Origin: Phoronis australis
Lineage: Eukaryota; Animalia; Phoronida
DNA: 64,000 nucleotides
Assembly (NCBI GenBank): GCA_002633005.1
Contig: NMRA01000184.1
Span: forward strand, 313,255 to 377,254
Direction of reading: 5' to 3'
Both the position numbers and the translations under genes were made by a program. Within the stretch, counting starts at the first letter, position 1. Every line of letters begins with the position of its first letter. Below are positions 27,301-42,300 of this stretch, one piece after another. The notes beneath the pieces were generated by a model. It saw nothing but the letters and a program-made list of their open reading frames with translations. It made no database searches and was not told the DNA's origin.

Positions 27301-30300
27301 GTGTACCAGGAGCTACTACTGTCTGATGGCAGACGGAAGGATAGGAAGACAGACGTACAGACAAACAGATGGACAGACAGGAAATAGTAAGACAAGGACA
27401 GATGACAGAAACAGACACAAAGAACACAGGTAACTTGGCGTGAATGCCAGAACATTCCGAGGTCACAGTTCTTGTGCGGAGCCTCTGTTTTGATTGTTGA
27501 TTTTAATTTTAAAATATAGTAGTAAATATTCTTCAGTTGAGATGCATAGAACACTGTTTGTATGTTCAAGGATTTTAAAAGGTCAAATATGAACACAGAC
27601 AAATAGTTCCTATTAATACATAGCTGAACAACACACCTCGCATAAAGGTGATGAAAAGGCTGATTATTGAAAAAATACAGGAAATCAAGCAATAGTTAAT
27701 AGTAAATTGGCAGTGGTCTATGCAGCCAGATAAACATAAAACAGACAAAGCACATCGATTTGATTAAGCTCAGCAAAATGATGAGAAGGAAACTGGTCTA
27801 TTTACAACAAAACAGAATGTGTATGTGAGTACTCAACTTCAAATTACAGTAATTAGAACAATGTACACTAGATACCTGTGCAACTTTGAGTGCTACTTTC
27901 ATAAGTAGACGACGAACACTCAAACTGTGAGCTGGTAGCACTGGTACTGGGACGGCTGGGTGGTCTCTGTGGAGTTTGAACAGGAACAAAGATGGCCTCA
28001 CCAACATTTAAACTCTCTTTTGACACAGTCATGTGACCCTTCAACGTCTGCCCCTGAAGGAATAAATGGAATTTACATAGTGACGGTCATTTTCGTACAG
28101 TTCTTAATGCTACAATCTCTCACATTGACAATGGCTACTATACAGACTCACATTGACCACTTTTGATAAAATAACTTGTCAGTGACAAAAAACAAAATTA
28201 AAGGAAAAATTTACTGAACAAGTTGAATACAAGAAAACCAAGGTAGTTGGGTACCTTCACTAGCAAGGATAAAATTCCTTAAATACTTTTTTTCAGAATT
28301 AATTGAAGACCCATAAAGCTATTTATTTTTAAATCCTTGACCACATAATCTTACTATGTGCACAAAAAATAATGCTTAGATGTTTGTAATCACATGAATA
28401 AATTTGCTGAGTGATGCTTAATAATGCCAATAACCCAAAATATTTTTGTTCAGATTTTATGCCAAAGACCTAACATAATCTGTTAATCATAATTAGACAT
28501 GTCTAAATTTTCAACTGTGTTATTATAGCTGTTTTCAAAACTTAACAAAGCCGCTCAACAGAAAGTCAACAACATAACTTTCCAACAATCCAATACATTT
28601 CTGTGCACATTTTGAACATTATCATGACTCCATCGTGAGGTGGACCCCTGGTTCAAATTATGCTTTACCTGTTCACAGACAATTTGGTGGTCAGTTCTGT
28701 GCATAGACAGGAAGGGGTAACAGGTCAGGATGCTGTTGTCAGCTGTGGCCGATACAGACAAGGGGAACCTGAATGAAAACATGTTCATATCATTATCAGA
28801 TATCTTTTCCAGTTACAGGGTTGTCTTAAGTGAGATCTTGGCCCACTGTGAGTTTGGGAACTTGCAAATGAGTATTGAGATGATGTGATTCAAGTGAATA
28901 CAGAAAGCAGTGCGACTTAATACACAAGTAACTTTCATACTTTGCAGTCATCATGCCATCAACTCAGCACTGTTGTATAGCGAGATTTTCAAAACGAATA
29001 TTAAAATGTAAAAAAGCCAACATGTGATCAAGAAAAATCTGTGAATGATAAGTTTCATCTTAATTTGTTAATTCACTTTGCCTGTTCAATACAAACAATC
29101 ACATTATACTTCATCTCACCTGTTGCCCAGCTCATCCACAAACACAATCTGTTTACTGAAGGAGACAGGCTTGGGACTAGTGAAGGTCACTGTGCAGTCT
29201 AACACATGCGGTATTTGCTTGGTCTCATCAGACAGACAGGGCTTCACCTCTGGAAGTAGACAACAGCATTGTGCATAAAACACTGGATGTTCCCGAAGTA
29301 CTAACAATCGTTAGTACAGTAGATCACCAAAAGTTGTTAGGAGAAGGAAGGTGCCACTAAAATTACAGTATAATAACCATACATTCTCTGCTACCTGTTG
29401 CAAAATTATCATAGTCATTATCAATGTCACCATCATTGTTATAGTATTGCTATTGGGATTCATTAGTATTGCTCTTATTACATTTTTACTAATAATGTTT
29501 GTTTCCGAGCATCTGCATCAGTTCAATCGTTGATGTTACAATATTCAAATTCATCAGGAATATTGATGTATGTTTCAAGCCATTCTACCAAAGCATGGTA
29601 ACGGTACTATAACTAAAAGAGAACCAAATACCTTGTCCCTTGTGGAAAGTGACATCTAGTGGCGTTATCATGCTGCCATCTTCACATTCCACCTCTGGTA
29701 CTTCAACATTGATGACATTGGCCCTGAAATATGGATAACAACATTACAGTATAGAGAGCCAGCATTTAAATACAATAATCAACAAGGAAACCTTTAAAAT
29801 AAATGTATTAACCTAAGTTCATGTTTAACCGTGCAGGCAATCCCATTGCTAAAATGAATTTAAAGAGTCTTAGTTTCTTAGACGAAAAGTTGATGGCAGC
29901 TCTAGTCTACACTCAAATCAATGAGAATGCAATTGGTCAAAAACAAACAGTTACACAAAGGCCAGCAATGACATTTGACAAGTGTGGCCACAGATCACTA
30001 CGAATATTCATGATTTAATCAATAATACACTGTTACATACTTTCTGTAGTCGATGGCAAATATTTTGAAGTGTGCCGATACTTCCGTCGCTAAGGGTACA
30101 GGTGTCATCACTATGGCCATGGGGTCAAACCACAGCTTAGCTGCCCGAAGCTCACCAGCCAAATCAAGGTACTGGTATGGTTTGTCGAAATCGTCATTGA
30201 GTATGACAGGAATCTTGCCAGAATATTTTCCAGGCTTTGCTGAAATGAAATAGTAGCAGTCGCACAATGACGCAAATACTTTTAGACAAATTTACGGGAC

Positions 30301-33300
30301 ATTTCATTCTCACTCATTAATCAAAATGCAAAATATACACCAAGATATTCAACCACTCAAACCTAATATTCAAAAAATAGTCTTTTGCGTCTGGTTTCGT
30401 GCTGGCTTTTTGCCACAAAGTGAGACAAATTTCGAAGAAATTTTGCCAACTCGTTTTAAAACTACAGTAAATGTACCAGTGAGACTACCAAAAAACTGAA
30501 GTTTTCTTTGCAAGTTGACTCACGTGGACAAAACAGGACCCCAACTGTGACTGTCATGCCTGGCTCCAGCTCCCCGTCAACACCTCCGTCTCCATGTGTC
30601 AGGTAAGGGACCCCTCCTTCACCATGGATCACACGGAATGTACCGTCCACCAGATCTTGAGAGACGTCAGACAGATCAAATGCCCACTTGATCTTCTTGT
30701 CACTGTTGTTGACCAATAACACTTTCTGCAAAGAGAACACATTATTAACAACCCATACATTTTATACAAAACAGCTTAAAGCAATATATAACTTTAAATA
30801 TTAATGTATTTAATCCCTCTAAAAGGAAGAACCATATAAAGCAATGAGATATCCTCTTACTAGTGAAATGTGTACTTTAAATACAGAATAATGCAGATGG
30901 TCATGTTTTTATAGTTCCTTGATTGTCAACACTAGATCCTGACAGCGTATCTTAAAATCCAGTCCAGCACACAATGCTCACCCGAAGCTGCATTTTTTAC
31001 GCCATTTGATGAAATTAAACTAAATAGGACACATACTGATTTGAGGGTTGCATCACCTTAGATACCTTGGATACAGTTTTGAGAAGTTAAAAACTTCTAA
31101 GGAAACAAAAGCCATTCATTTCATTTCTTTGCCATTCGTGTTTCCACACGATGACAGATTTGTCTCATTTCCTCATACATATTGTGCATTGATCCGTGCA
31201 AGTGTGTGCAAGTGCAATGATTTATGGACTATTTTCACAGACCGCCAAAAACCTGAAATGGACTGCAAAATTTTTGGACGGTGGGTTTACTGGACCCCGT
31301 CAAGTGTTCGGAAGTGTAGGGTGAACACTGGACACAGCTGTGTTTAAAACAGAAAAAACAATACATTACTTACTTAAATTTCTCACTCAGGTACATGTCC
31401 TTCATTCTGTTATTAATTGTTAACTTATTTTTAAAATATTGTGTATGAAATCTATATTCTGCCATTCTCCAGTAAATACTTAAAAGATGCTTTACAGTGA
31501 CCTGAAGTCTGTGATGGCTTATCACATGATATTTTGTCCCCGTGCCAACAAAATAAAGTAAGATTTCTAATAAGTCTACATTAACCAGGACATGCACTTC
31601 ACAGTTCTATGTAGAAAGACGACATGCAGGTGTAGCCTGAGGCAAACAATGAGAGGATAACTCAAGCAACGTAGGTCTCATACCATAAACATGCGCACAA
31701 TGCATGGCAATGTAAACAAACTGTTCTAAGGTCCATTGTCACTAACTACAGGTGCATGTCACCTGGCAAACGGATAACTGTCCACTACGCAGCTCCTCCT
31801 ATTGATTAAAATAAATTTATCAAGTACTTTGAATTTTGAAAAACAATGAAATGACTGCGTAAGATCTAAATTTTTTTTGAAAGTTCCTTAAACTTGGAAA
31901 GTACAACAACCTTAGGAGAAAACATCATTTTGATTCCAACGGTGACAGATGCATAAACCTTTATTACAAAAGGGCCATGCTGTAAGATTATTTTAACCAC
32001 AAATGGTGCTATAGCACTCGGTCTTTATTGTTTTTTGAGTGTTGGTAGATTTGAGTTCCCAAATAGCACATCTGTGTTCTGTTTATGTTACAATAAACAA
32101 AAGTGACATGAATTTTTTCATACATACACTTATTTACTCATAAATGAGTCATCCTCAAATAATTGACATATTAAAGTAAGAAATGGGAAAATAATGGGAA
32201 ATTGTTTACAATTACTGTTGATATAATTTGACGTCTGAATCCTCATCCAGACAACAATTACCTTAGTTTTCCCAAGGCCTGACTCCGCCACCATGTCCAG
32301 GTAGTCAGTGGGCAAGATGTAGTCGAGTTTATTAGCAGAGAGCTGAAGAGGCTGTCTCAGGGCCGTGGCACACACTCTACGTCTGGGCGTGGCAACAGAC
32401 ACGTGAACAGGGCGAGGATTGATGATGTTAGCGATAGTGTTCTTGTTGGACGGACATGGGGTTGGTGGGAAAGGACTGGGTGAGGGAGAGGGCGCATCTG
32501 TCTGATTGATGATGACAGGCATGATGAAGTCATATGCTGCCACCTGGTGAGAGATATACGCATCTGAATCAGTGTTAAAATGAAAACAATAGGGCAAAAC
32601 AGTCAAAATATGTCTCATCCGAGGGCCATTGGATTAAAAATTTGTTGGTATCAGAAAAGAGGTGAAGTGTTAACTACAAACTTCAGATTGCAATGCACAT
32701 TGTGGCAACTACCAATTGATGATTTTTTTCAAACATAAGGACCAAGATTTAAGTTTTTGCATTTTAAAGTATGCCTAAGGTGGTATGGTGCTCATTTTAT
32801 GGTTTCAACCCTTTTTAAATTCACAACACAAAGTTTGCTCTCAGTTAAATTCTATTTTCAGTAAGTTGACACACAGCAGACACAAATTAATCAATATGTA
32901 CTGCTTGCCAGTGAGAAGAGTAGTCATCACTAGATTATTATGAAGACAGTTGTTATATTTAGAAAAATTGATACAATGGCTTTATATCATTACCTCAGTT
33001 GGTGAAAAAATCAGGTGACATGTCAGGTTCACTGCACCCTCCAGGAAGACGCAGTACATACCAGGGTTGAGGATTTGGTATGACAGTGACTCTGTAATAG
33101 AAAGTTGTGCATTAACGTATTAAATTTTACCTTAAGCCAGTATAAAATATCTCCTGGTGTTAAAAACATTCACTACAGATTTTGCATGGGGCGGGGTGTA
33201 CTTGCTCTTCCAAAGCAATGCTGTTGCATTCTTATCTTTAGTTTCAATAGAAAGTGATTGCAGCAAATTGCCTGAAATTCCCATAATGACCATACCATGA

Positions 33301-36300
33301 CTTGGCAACCGTTACTTAGTTGCTATGACAACCAACTCAGTGCACCTGATCTGATGTAATAACCACCTGTCAGATCTTCTGAAGCTCAAAAATTATTTCT
33401 AATCTAAACATCCGATAAAATGCAATAAGATGAGGCCAATTTGATAACTGTTCAGTGGCTTACAAGTCCATGGGTAGTTTTTGGCAGAAGATGAAGTAGT
33501 TTTTACTTCTCAATGTCTTGCAAATTACCAAATGATTCCCAAGTTCAGAGAACAGGCATTCAAACAATATACACAAAACTACGCATGACTTAAAGAGGTC
33601 CCCTTAGCTCACTAGGTGTGGAAGTAGTAATTAATATACAGTTTCAAGGTATGGTCACATTTATGTCTAATGCTTCAAGAGGAGACAACTTACCTGGTGT
33701 TTCATAGTCAGGGAACTCCAGTCTGAAATCAGGGAATCTGGCCAAGTCAAATTCAACCTTAGCCTTGGTAGTGCGACGGTTGATCAGTTTGAACTCTGTA
33801 ACACTACTAGAGCCAACAAACACTCCGCCCAAGTTGAACATAGACTGTAAGGGAATAGCAACAATTATCAGTTTACTCAAAAGAAAGTTGCTTGACCCGC
33901 GTTTGGTGAAGAAGGCAGCTAAAATTCACATATCAAACCAATTTAGTATCTTATACATAAAAATGAATCATGATATTTGACATGAGTACAAAAATCCCCA
34001 AAGCCGCACAACCTTGAATTCTCTAACAATAATAGCATGAGCAGTTAATCAAGGCTCTTGGAGAAATTTGATCCAGGATTATTGTTACAGAATGCAATGC
34101 CACGTGGCTTTGGACCCGGATCAAAGATCACGATTTGCTTCAATGCATAACATACAAAAAATGTTTTAAATTTGACTTTTAGTCAAACTTAAGTCCACCC
34201 AACTTAAAGTAGAACAAGCAGTGATTCATAGTTAGAATTTTAAATAAAAAAGCAATAAATTATTCTAGAAGCTGAGGCGAAAACACTGTCTTATGAGTGA
34301 ATTTTTGTGCTACATTACTTGAAATTTTCAAAAATCAATAGTAAGATACAATAGAAAAACAAAAAACAACATCAACTAGAAATTGAAAAACAACTCAACT
34401 CCAAGAATGGATTTTCAATGAACCTACCACTTCATCCTTTAGTGTATCATAGAAATAAAATATGTGCAGTTAGACAATAAGTATAACAGCAGTTGACGGA
34501 GTAACCAGTGTAACAACTGGTACCACTTACTAGCCGTGAATTAAGAAAGTAGACAAATGAAGTGTAACATGCAATAACTTTCCCAGGTGAATATCTCGGA
34601 CAAGATTACACTACTCAGTCATATTTACTTACCATGTCAATATCGACCTCAGGGGGCTCCACTGTTCCACCCATACGCAGTTCTAAGGTGCGTCCTTCGC
34701 GTGTGGCTACTTGAATACGGGTGTCAAATTTCATGAGCGCGTTGGGCGTCAGCTGGATCTTGAGTTCAGTTTTACCCCCAATTGGTACCACCCCGTGGGT
34801 GGGGCTGATAGTCAGACCAGGCACGGGGTTAGGGTCCAGTACCTAAGGAAGACAATGGAGACAGGTTACAACATGCCCCTCCAGAAATACTGAATTCATA
34901 ACTGTTACAGTAATAATATTAACAATAACAAATAAAATAAAACAATAAAAAACCAATAAAATTAATGATAAAAAGAGTCTAAGAGAGGATACAATAAACT
35001 TACAGAATGTTAGCCTTATTCCAGTACAGTATGGTACACATCTTAGCAGCCATTGAAATGGTCATCTAACTTAGCAGTCTCAGTAATAATTTTGCCCATG
35101 ACCAGTAAGTTGAAAAATTTCATAGTACATACGCATATTGTTAAAATACAAAAAATGATGGCAATGTAGCCAAAGTCACGTAATAAATTGTAAACCTCGT
35201 TAACAAAAAGGATTTAATTTATCAAGTCGCAGCTTGAAAAATTTAGTGTTGTGCCAAATACAGCCTCATGTGTGGTGTAATTACCTGAAAGTATGAATGG
35301 TTGCTACTGTCATTATACAACAGTGCCGTCTTGTTTGTTGTCAGGTGAAGTGGCACCTTGCCGAAGGCAATACGCCTCTCAATGAACTGGACTTTGGACG
35401 GGCCAAACTGCAACACAAGAAAATGAACAATGTTGAGTTGAGCAGAAGTGATCAGTTACACTAGTACTTCAAACACTTCTGTAACATGTACTGATATGGC
35501 ATGACCAGTATTTCAAAATCAGTACTGAGTACATTCTTCAAGATTCATTTCTTCAGTGAATTTAGTGAATTTCAAAGTGTGAAACTTTTTAATAATACTA
35601 GTATCTGGCACCAGAAATAGTCCCAACTTGTAACCTGTACAGACCAGAAGTGATTTTGGGGTTTGGAAAGATCTAAAAAGTGGTTATGGCTAAGGACTGA
35701 GGTCGAAATGTATGATTTGAACGTAACATGGCTGACAACTGAATCAGGAACAGATTAGTTCTGCAACTGTACACTAGATAGAGTTGCTCGTATATAAGCA
35801 CACCCCCAGAAATCGCCTTCACATCATATCCAGGTTCTCATTCATTTCCTTGCATACATTTTCTAGTAAGACCGAGCTCAGAGGAGCAGGAGACACCTTT
35901 GTGCAATGCTCGGTGTCTGCCAGTAAGGCCAGGATTCAAATCCAGGTCTCCCAAACGGGAGTCTGCAGCTAAAACCATTGAGTCACACAATCTCCTTGCT
36001 GGTCAGTGCATAGTGACTTTAAACTCAAGTCCAAGTTATCTTGGACAACTTTTAGCAGTTAACTGGTAACTAATAATAATAATGATAATTATAGCTCTTA
36101 GGCTAAAAAGTATAGTGGTTTCAGGTCTCAACCCCACTCATTTTGTGAAACCTGCACTCACCACCTACACAAAAACAACAAAAATGCCCGTCTCCATCAA
36201 TTTCAGCCACGATCTTGTTTTTTTAGAAAAGCTGCACAAAGGCGTGTAAACAACCTTTGGTAAGCAAAGTTTGAAACACCACGCAATCAGTAAAAACAAA

Positions 36301-39300
36301 TACCAAATCTGAAAAGGTGAGCAACTAGATTTCCAAAAAGAAAACAGACACCAGAACCAAAGACGCTTTTTTGGCCTTAAACAAAGTAAGCATAGCATGA
36401 GACAAAAACAAATTATAAAGACTAGTGTGCTTACCTTGGCCTTGCACTTAAGTTTCAGGGTGTTTCCTCCATGAACACTGAGCCCAAACATGCCCAACTC
36501 TGGAGCCATGTAAGACGGGTGGAACACGACTTCACACTCCAGGTTCTTGAAGGCTTCCACAACACCTGCGCATACAGTTAAGTACAGATATAGGTTGAGT
36601 AATCTTTGTTCAATTTCGCACAACATTAAATGCCAAAATGGCAATTTTCTACTTTTCAGATGCTCATTACACTGTTAAAATGTTCAATGTTCACCAAAGA
36701 TATTTTGTGATCGCTGGTCACCACGCATGATGAAGTTAAGTTTGTCTCAATGTTTATTTTTATCGAGAACTTTGACAAAAAAGGTTACACCTATGCGTCA
36801 TCTAGTGTGCTAAACTGAAGAGCATTTACCGTATTACTTTTTTTGCCAAATCTTCCACAAAAATGAAACCATGATAAAATGGTGGGTCATAATTTTCTTA
36901 AATGAATTAACAATTTAAAAACAAACTTCATTTAGTTATGCGAGTACAGTAAACAACTGAAAAAATCTGTCAGATCAAGTTGCTGTGACAATGGTGCATT
37001 TTTACTGTCATTTAGACAAAGTTCACAGTGCACAAGAACCTATTGTGTGTACAGAGACAATGAAGCTATTCCTGATGAAGTATCAGTGATCCGTAATAAT
37101 ACCGTAAGTAGACTGGTGCCTCATTATGAGAGAAACTTGACAATTTTGTATCTTACCAGTGGCAGGTCTAATGGAGAAAGCTGTACCCCTTTCACCCAGT
37201 ATGGGGTTCCAGGTGAAGGTAGCAGCATGGTTGAGCTTGTTGGTCAGGGTGACAACGCCCCGCATACCTGACATGAATTGAAACAGAGTTATACAACAAG
37301 TGGATGGCATTGTATCAAGTTTAAACAAACACAGCCTATTACACATTTACTACCATGAAAATAAATTCTACCAAAAGCTCTAAATCAACGTGTTCTCAAA
37401 CAACCTACCAGCTTCAGCAGGAAGACCATTAGATGGCGCTACATTCAGCTCATGTGTTGACATCTCCAAAGCAACAGGCACGACTTGTGCCAAGGCAGTG
37501 ACATGGTGCCTGTAGAAGCCATTCACCATGTAATCAACAGATCTCTGGAACTTGCCCTTGGTGTTGGATTCAAAGATGACGGGCACCGTGGCCTTGGAAC
37601 AGGGGGGTATCACTTGAGAAAGAGGACTGGTCTGTCGTAATTCACGGCAGTCAATCTGTGTGAAAAAGTGACAGAGGTTATTCAATGAGCAAGAAGTATG
37701 ATACCAGTGGTGTTTAGCTTTTGCTCTGAAGATATTCTCAAAAAGTTAGTAGTTTGTTTCCAGTTTGTAGTGTTTGGTTAATGGCTTAAGACAGAAGTGA
37801 ACTGAACTGCATTACAACTGAAATATGCCACTCACTAGCCACAACTTTTGTATAGTGATCGTAACTGTTCNNNNNNNNNNNNNNNNNNNNNNNNNNNNNN
37901 NNNGTAAGTAGACTGGTGCCTCATTATGAGAGAAACTTGACAATTTTGTATCTTACCAGTGGCAGGTCTAATGGAGAAAGCTGTACCCCTTTCACCCAGT
38001 ATGGGGTTCCAGGTGAAGGTAGCGGCATGGTTGAGCTTGTTGGTCAGGGTGACAACGCCCCGCATACCTGACATGAATTGAAACAGAGTTATACAACAAA
38101 TGGATGGCATCATATCAAGTTTAAACAAACACAGGCTATTACACATTTACTACCACGAAAATAAATTTTACCAAAAGCTCTAAATCAACGTGTTCTCAAA
38201 CAACCTACCAGCTTCAGCAGGAAGCCCATTAGATGGCGCTACATTCAGCTCATGTGTTGACATCTCCAAGGCAACAGGCACGACTTGTGCCAAGGCAGTG
38301 ACATGGTGCCTGTAGAAGCCATTCACCATGTAATCAACAGATCTCTGGAACTTGCCCTTGGTGTTGGATTCAAAGATGACAGGCACCGTGGCCTTGGAAC
38401 AGGGGGGTATCACTTGAGAAAGAGGACTGGTCTGTCGTAATTCACGGCAGTCAATCTATGTGAAAAAGTGACAGGGGTTATTCAATGAGCAAGAAGTATG
38501 ATACCAGTGGTGTTTAGCTTTTGCTCTGAAGATATTCTCAAAAAGTTAGTAGTTTGTTTCCAGTTTGTAGTGTTTGGTTAATGGCTTAAGACAGAAGAGA
38601 ACTGAACTGCATTACAACTGAAATATGCCACTCACTAGCCACAACTTTTGTATAGTGATCGTAACTGTTCTGAATGAAATACGTTTTTGTTGGTCCTTGG
38701 TTACCTCATACCAGCGCAATGAAAAATTTGTCGTAATTTTACAGAAGAATTTTCTCACTAATATGTAGAATTGGTTACAAAATATATGCCAACGTGACAA
38801 CAAGTTAAAGTGAAAGGTCCAACTTACTGAGACCACCACATGGATGTACTGATCCAAGTTGTTTATAATGTGAAGTTCCTTCTGACTGACAGAGCGTAGG
38901 CAAACTTCACCAAAATCTATTGTAGGTGGACCTGTGAGAATAAAAGAAATGGAAAATACCTGATGCACTGACAAAATTACGAGACCTAGGTACTGTTCAA
39001 AAAAAATTATTACATAGAAACTATTTGATTGCGCTTAAGCATTTAACATTCAGAATGCCAACAAATAAGAACACTGGAGAGTAAGGTATGATTGCCAACT
39101 TTTATTACATGCATGGCACTTGCTTGAATTAAATCTATTGTTTTCAGCCAAGTACGGCCAATCTTTACATCAAATTAAAAAGAAAAAAGGAGTACAGGTA
39201 ATTCGAGCAAAACATATTATAAAAGATATTCATGGGTAAGATATCTCGTACCGATAACAACTTTGTGGAGCTGCTGAGGTGACAAAAACAACTTGCAGTC

Positions 39301-42300
39301 AGCTATCTCTCTCTCTGTCACAGGAATTGCATTCAAGCCATCACAGACTGGTTTCTTTGTAGAGTTCAACTCATCATCAGCCAGCTCCACTGTACTCAAC
39401 ATCTTCCAATGGCTATTGGGCGGGGTGGGAGCTGCAATATCATAAGACTACTGTCATTTGCATCACACGGAATCAGCTGTAAGTGAAGGTATCATTGTTA
39501 ACACAAACTTTGAAATATGTCTGCTCAAATTTTACGTCTCCAGTTAAAAGACTTTTCACAAGTGACATCCTTACTTCAATCAGGCTTCAAAGAAAAGAAA
39601 ATTCTCATCAACATTTCAATGTTCATCTTTCCCCAGTGAATTTTTATATATCAGGCTTTAGGACTCGATGAATGGATATCTCATCACAGACATAATTCTG
39701 ATAACCAGCAAGAACACAAAGACAGAAATTTGTTTTTGTCTACAATAGCTGCAGTGATCATTTATTGTAATGCGAGAAAGTACATAGTGAAAGCAAGACC
39801 ACATTTTCAGGCTTGGCAAGTCATAAAGCGCAGAAGGAGGCTGATATTAAACATTTATCAGGGAGAATATGTTAATGTGTATTGTAAGCCAATCATATCA
39901 CACGTACCTGTACATTAAAAAACACACTCTGGGTTTCAGGTAGTTAATTATGCAAGATTACAAACAGAGGCAATTATAGTGGCAAGTAAGTCTCATTAAA
40001 TTTGTGAATGTGTAAATTGACTCTCACTTCTGTACTGCCAGCTGTTCAGAAATCAGTATAACCATCAACATTCAACTTTTTTAAAGTCAGTTTACAAAAC
40101 ATTGAACATAGATTTCAAAATTTTGTTATTAAGTTATTAAATATAATAATTGAAATCTCAGTCAGAGCCATCTAAATCAGAACATCATTATTTAATACTT
40201 GTTGCAACATTAAATACATAATTCATTTACTAACGTGACATAGTAGATTTAAGTAATCAAGTGAGAAGCTTTCATATTTTTCAAGCATTTTTATCCACCA
40301 AATCATTAAATGTTAGTAAAAGCTATTACCCACTCTCGTTTTTTCAACCGCATCACAGCAGATTACAGATATGCAGGTGGTTTTGATACTGAACTGCACG
40401 AAATCTCACCACTAATCTTATAATAATAGGAAACATCAGAAATATTGAAGGAAATGACTACAAAATTCGACCTTCAAATAACCTTCAACACCTGTACAGG
40501 CAAAATCAAATAGTGAGCACTGGGAATGTATTAACATTTTAAGAAAACATATTTCAAAGGCAATGCATGAAAGGAGTAAATACATTAGCATGGGGGGGGG
40601 GTTGTGGAGGCACTCGGAGGAGTGACAAACTCACCATGGCCATCTAACACATAAAACAAGAAACACTGAACAATGAATGAAGTGGTTTTAAAAACACAAT
40701 TTCTGACCAACAATTAAAAGGACATTAAATCCTATGTCAACAGTTTCAACCAAAACTCTTAATGCAATAGAATATCTCCAGAGAAACATTGAAGAATTAT
40801 TCCAAAAAAACATTTCATCCCAAAGTGGGTCACATGATTTGAGAAGATACACTTTCATGCGATAACATGATCGAAGTGTTAGAGATGCGTTCCAAACTTT
40901 GCCATGAGTTTGCAAACTGCTGAAGGTTGACAAAGGTCCAATATTAAATTGATCCAGCAGTAGCAAATATATGTTAGTATACTAAAACTGCGTTTAGCAC
41001 TCATTTAACTTTTCAAATCACACAAATCTGCTCAATTAACACAAAATCAACAACTCAAAATGTTTTATAGTCGCTCAAGATGATCAACACCTGCCAGTTT
41101 TTCTGTATCATTCTAGATCAGTATCAGGACACGATTGATAAGGTATACCGTATAGAGCAGATTGATAAGGTATACCGTATAGAGCAGATTCCATTCAAGT
41201 ATAATACTTACATCTTGGGTCAGGCACTATGTCGGACTGTTGCAATGTCTTTGGTTTCAAACCAGCTGCAGGCTTCATCCCTATGTCTGTGGCGTTATTG
41301 AAATTCTTGGCTTCCCTGAAGTACAGAAATTTTCGTCTGAATAAAAAATACCATTGCCACAGTACTTGACTATCTCATCCAGCAATCTTTAAGTAGAACA
41401 AAAAGACAAACAACAACTTCAGTGACATCTGGTGAGAGCAACAAAAAACAACATACATCTCATACCACAGACTACAAAATGGTTGCATGCAACACCACAA
41501 CATACATCAAGTAACACACCAAATATTTTTAAAACAAATATGGTCTTCGTGTACATGTTCCAAACATATAGCAGTATTCTATGGCAAAGCTAATTTATTC
41601 AATATCTTACTGGTATTTGTTTATGCACAACACAATTGCAGAATGGTGTGTTCACTTAGGAGGGTTTTCAACATTTGGAATTGGGTCTTCATTTTCCTCT
41701 ATACTCAGGTATTGCGTTGGTCTGGATCATGAAACACATGGTGGCACCATCTATCCATTATGTGGAAGAGAATCTCATGCTCTTTTCATTGACATAGTTC
41801 ACATAAAAATCCCTGAGCTCCCAGTAAACCTCAGTAGTGTCACATCCTACTTTGGCTATCTATTTTATTCTCAGTTCATACAGCTCATCAGGGCTTGGAA
41901 TGACCAATGACAAAAAACGCGGAAACTTTGAAACTTTTACGGCCCAAATCATGCCCGATAAACAGTCTTGAAATGGTCAATGTGAACCTTTCCCCGACAA
42001 AAATCGGGAGGACTAAAAAAAAAAAAAATGTTACCACCATCAGTAGCATGCGTCTGCGTCCTTTTAGCTCGCCTGTCCACTCCCAACCCACACATTTTTG
42101 GCTGCAGAGCGGTAGTATTTGCCGCGCGCTTAACAATAACATGAGACGCCATTAAAAATCACACCACGCTGTCCCAGATGCCCCGGCAATGATGACAATT
42201 TACGTTCCTCCGAAACATAAAGAGCAACTTCCGCTTTTCGAGGTGAACGTCGTTTGCAACGCCGCGGTAAGAAAGGAATTTTCCGCGGAAATTTTATATC

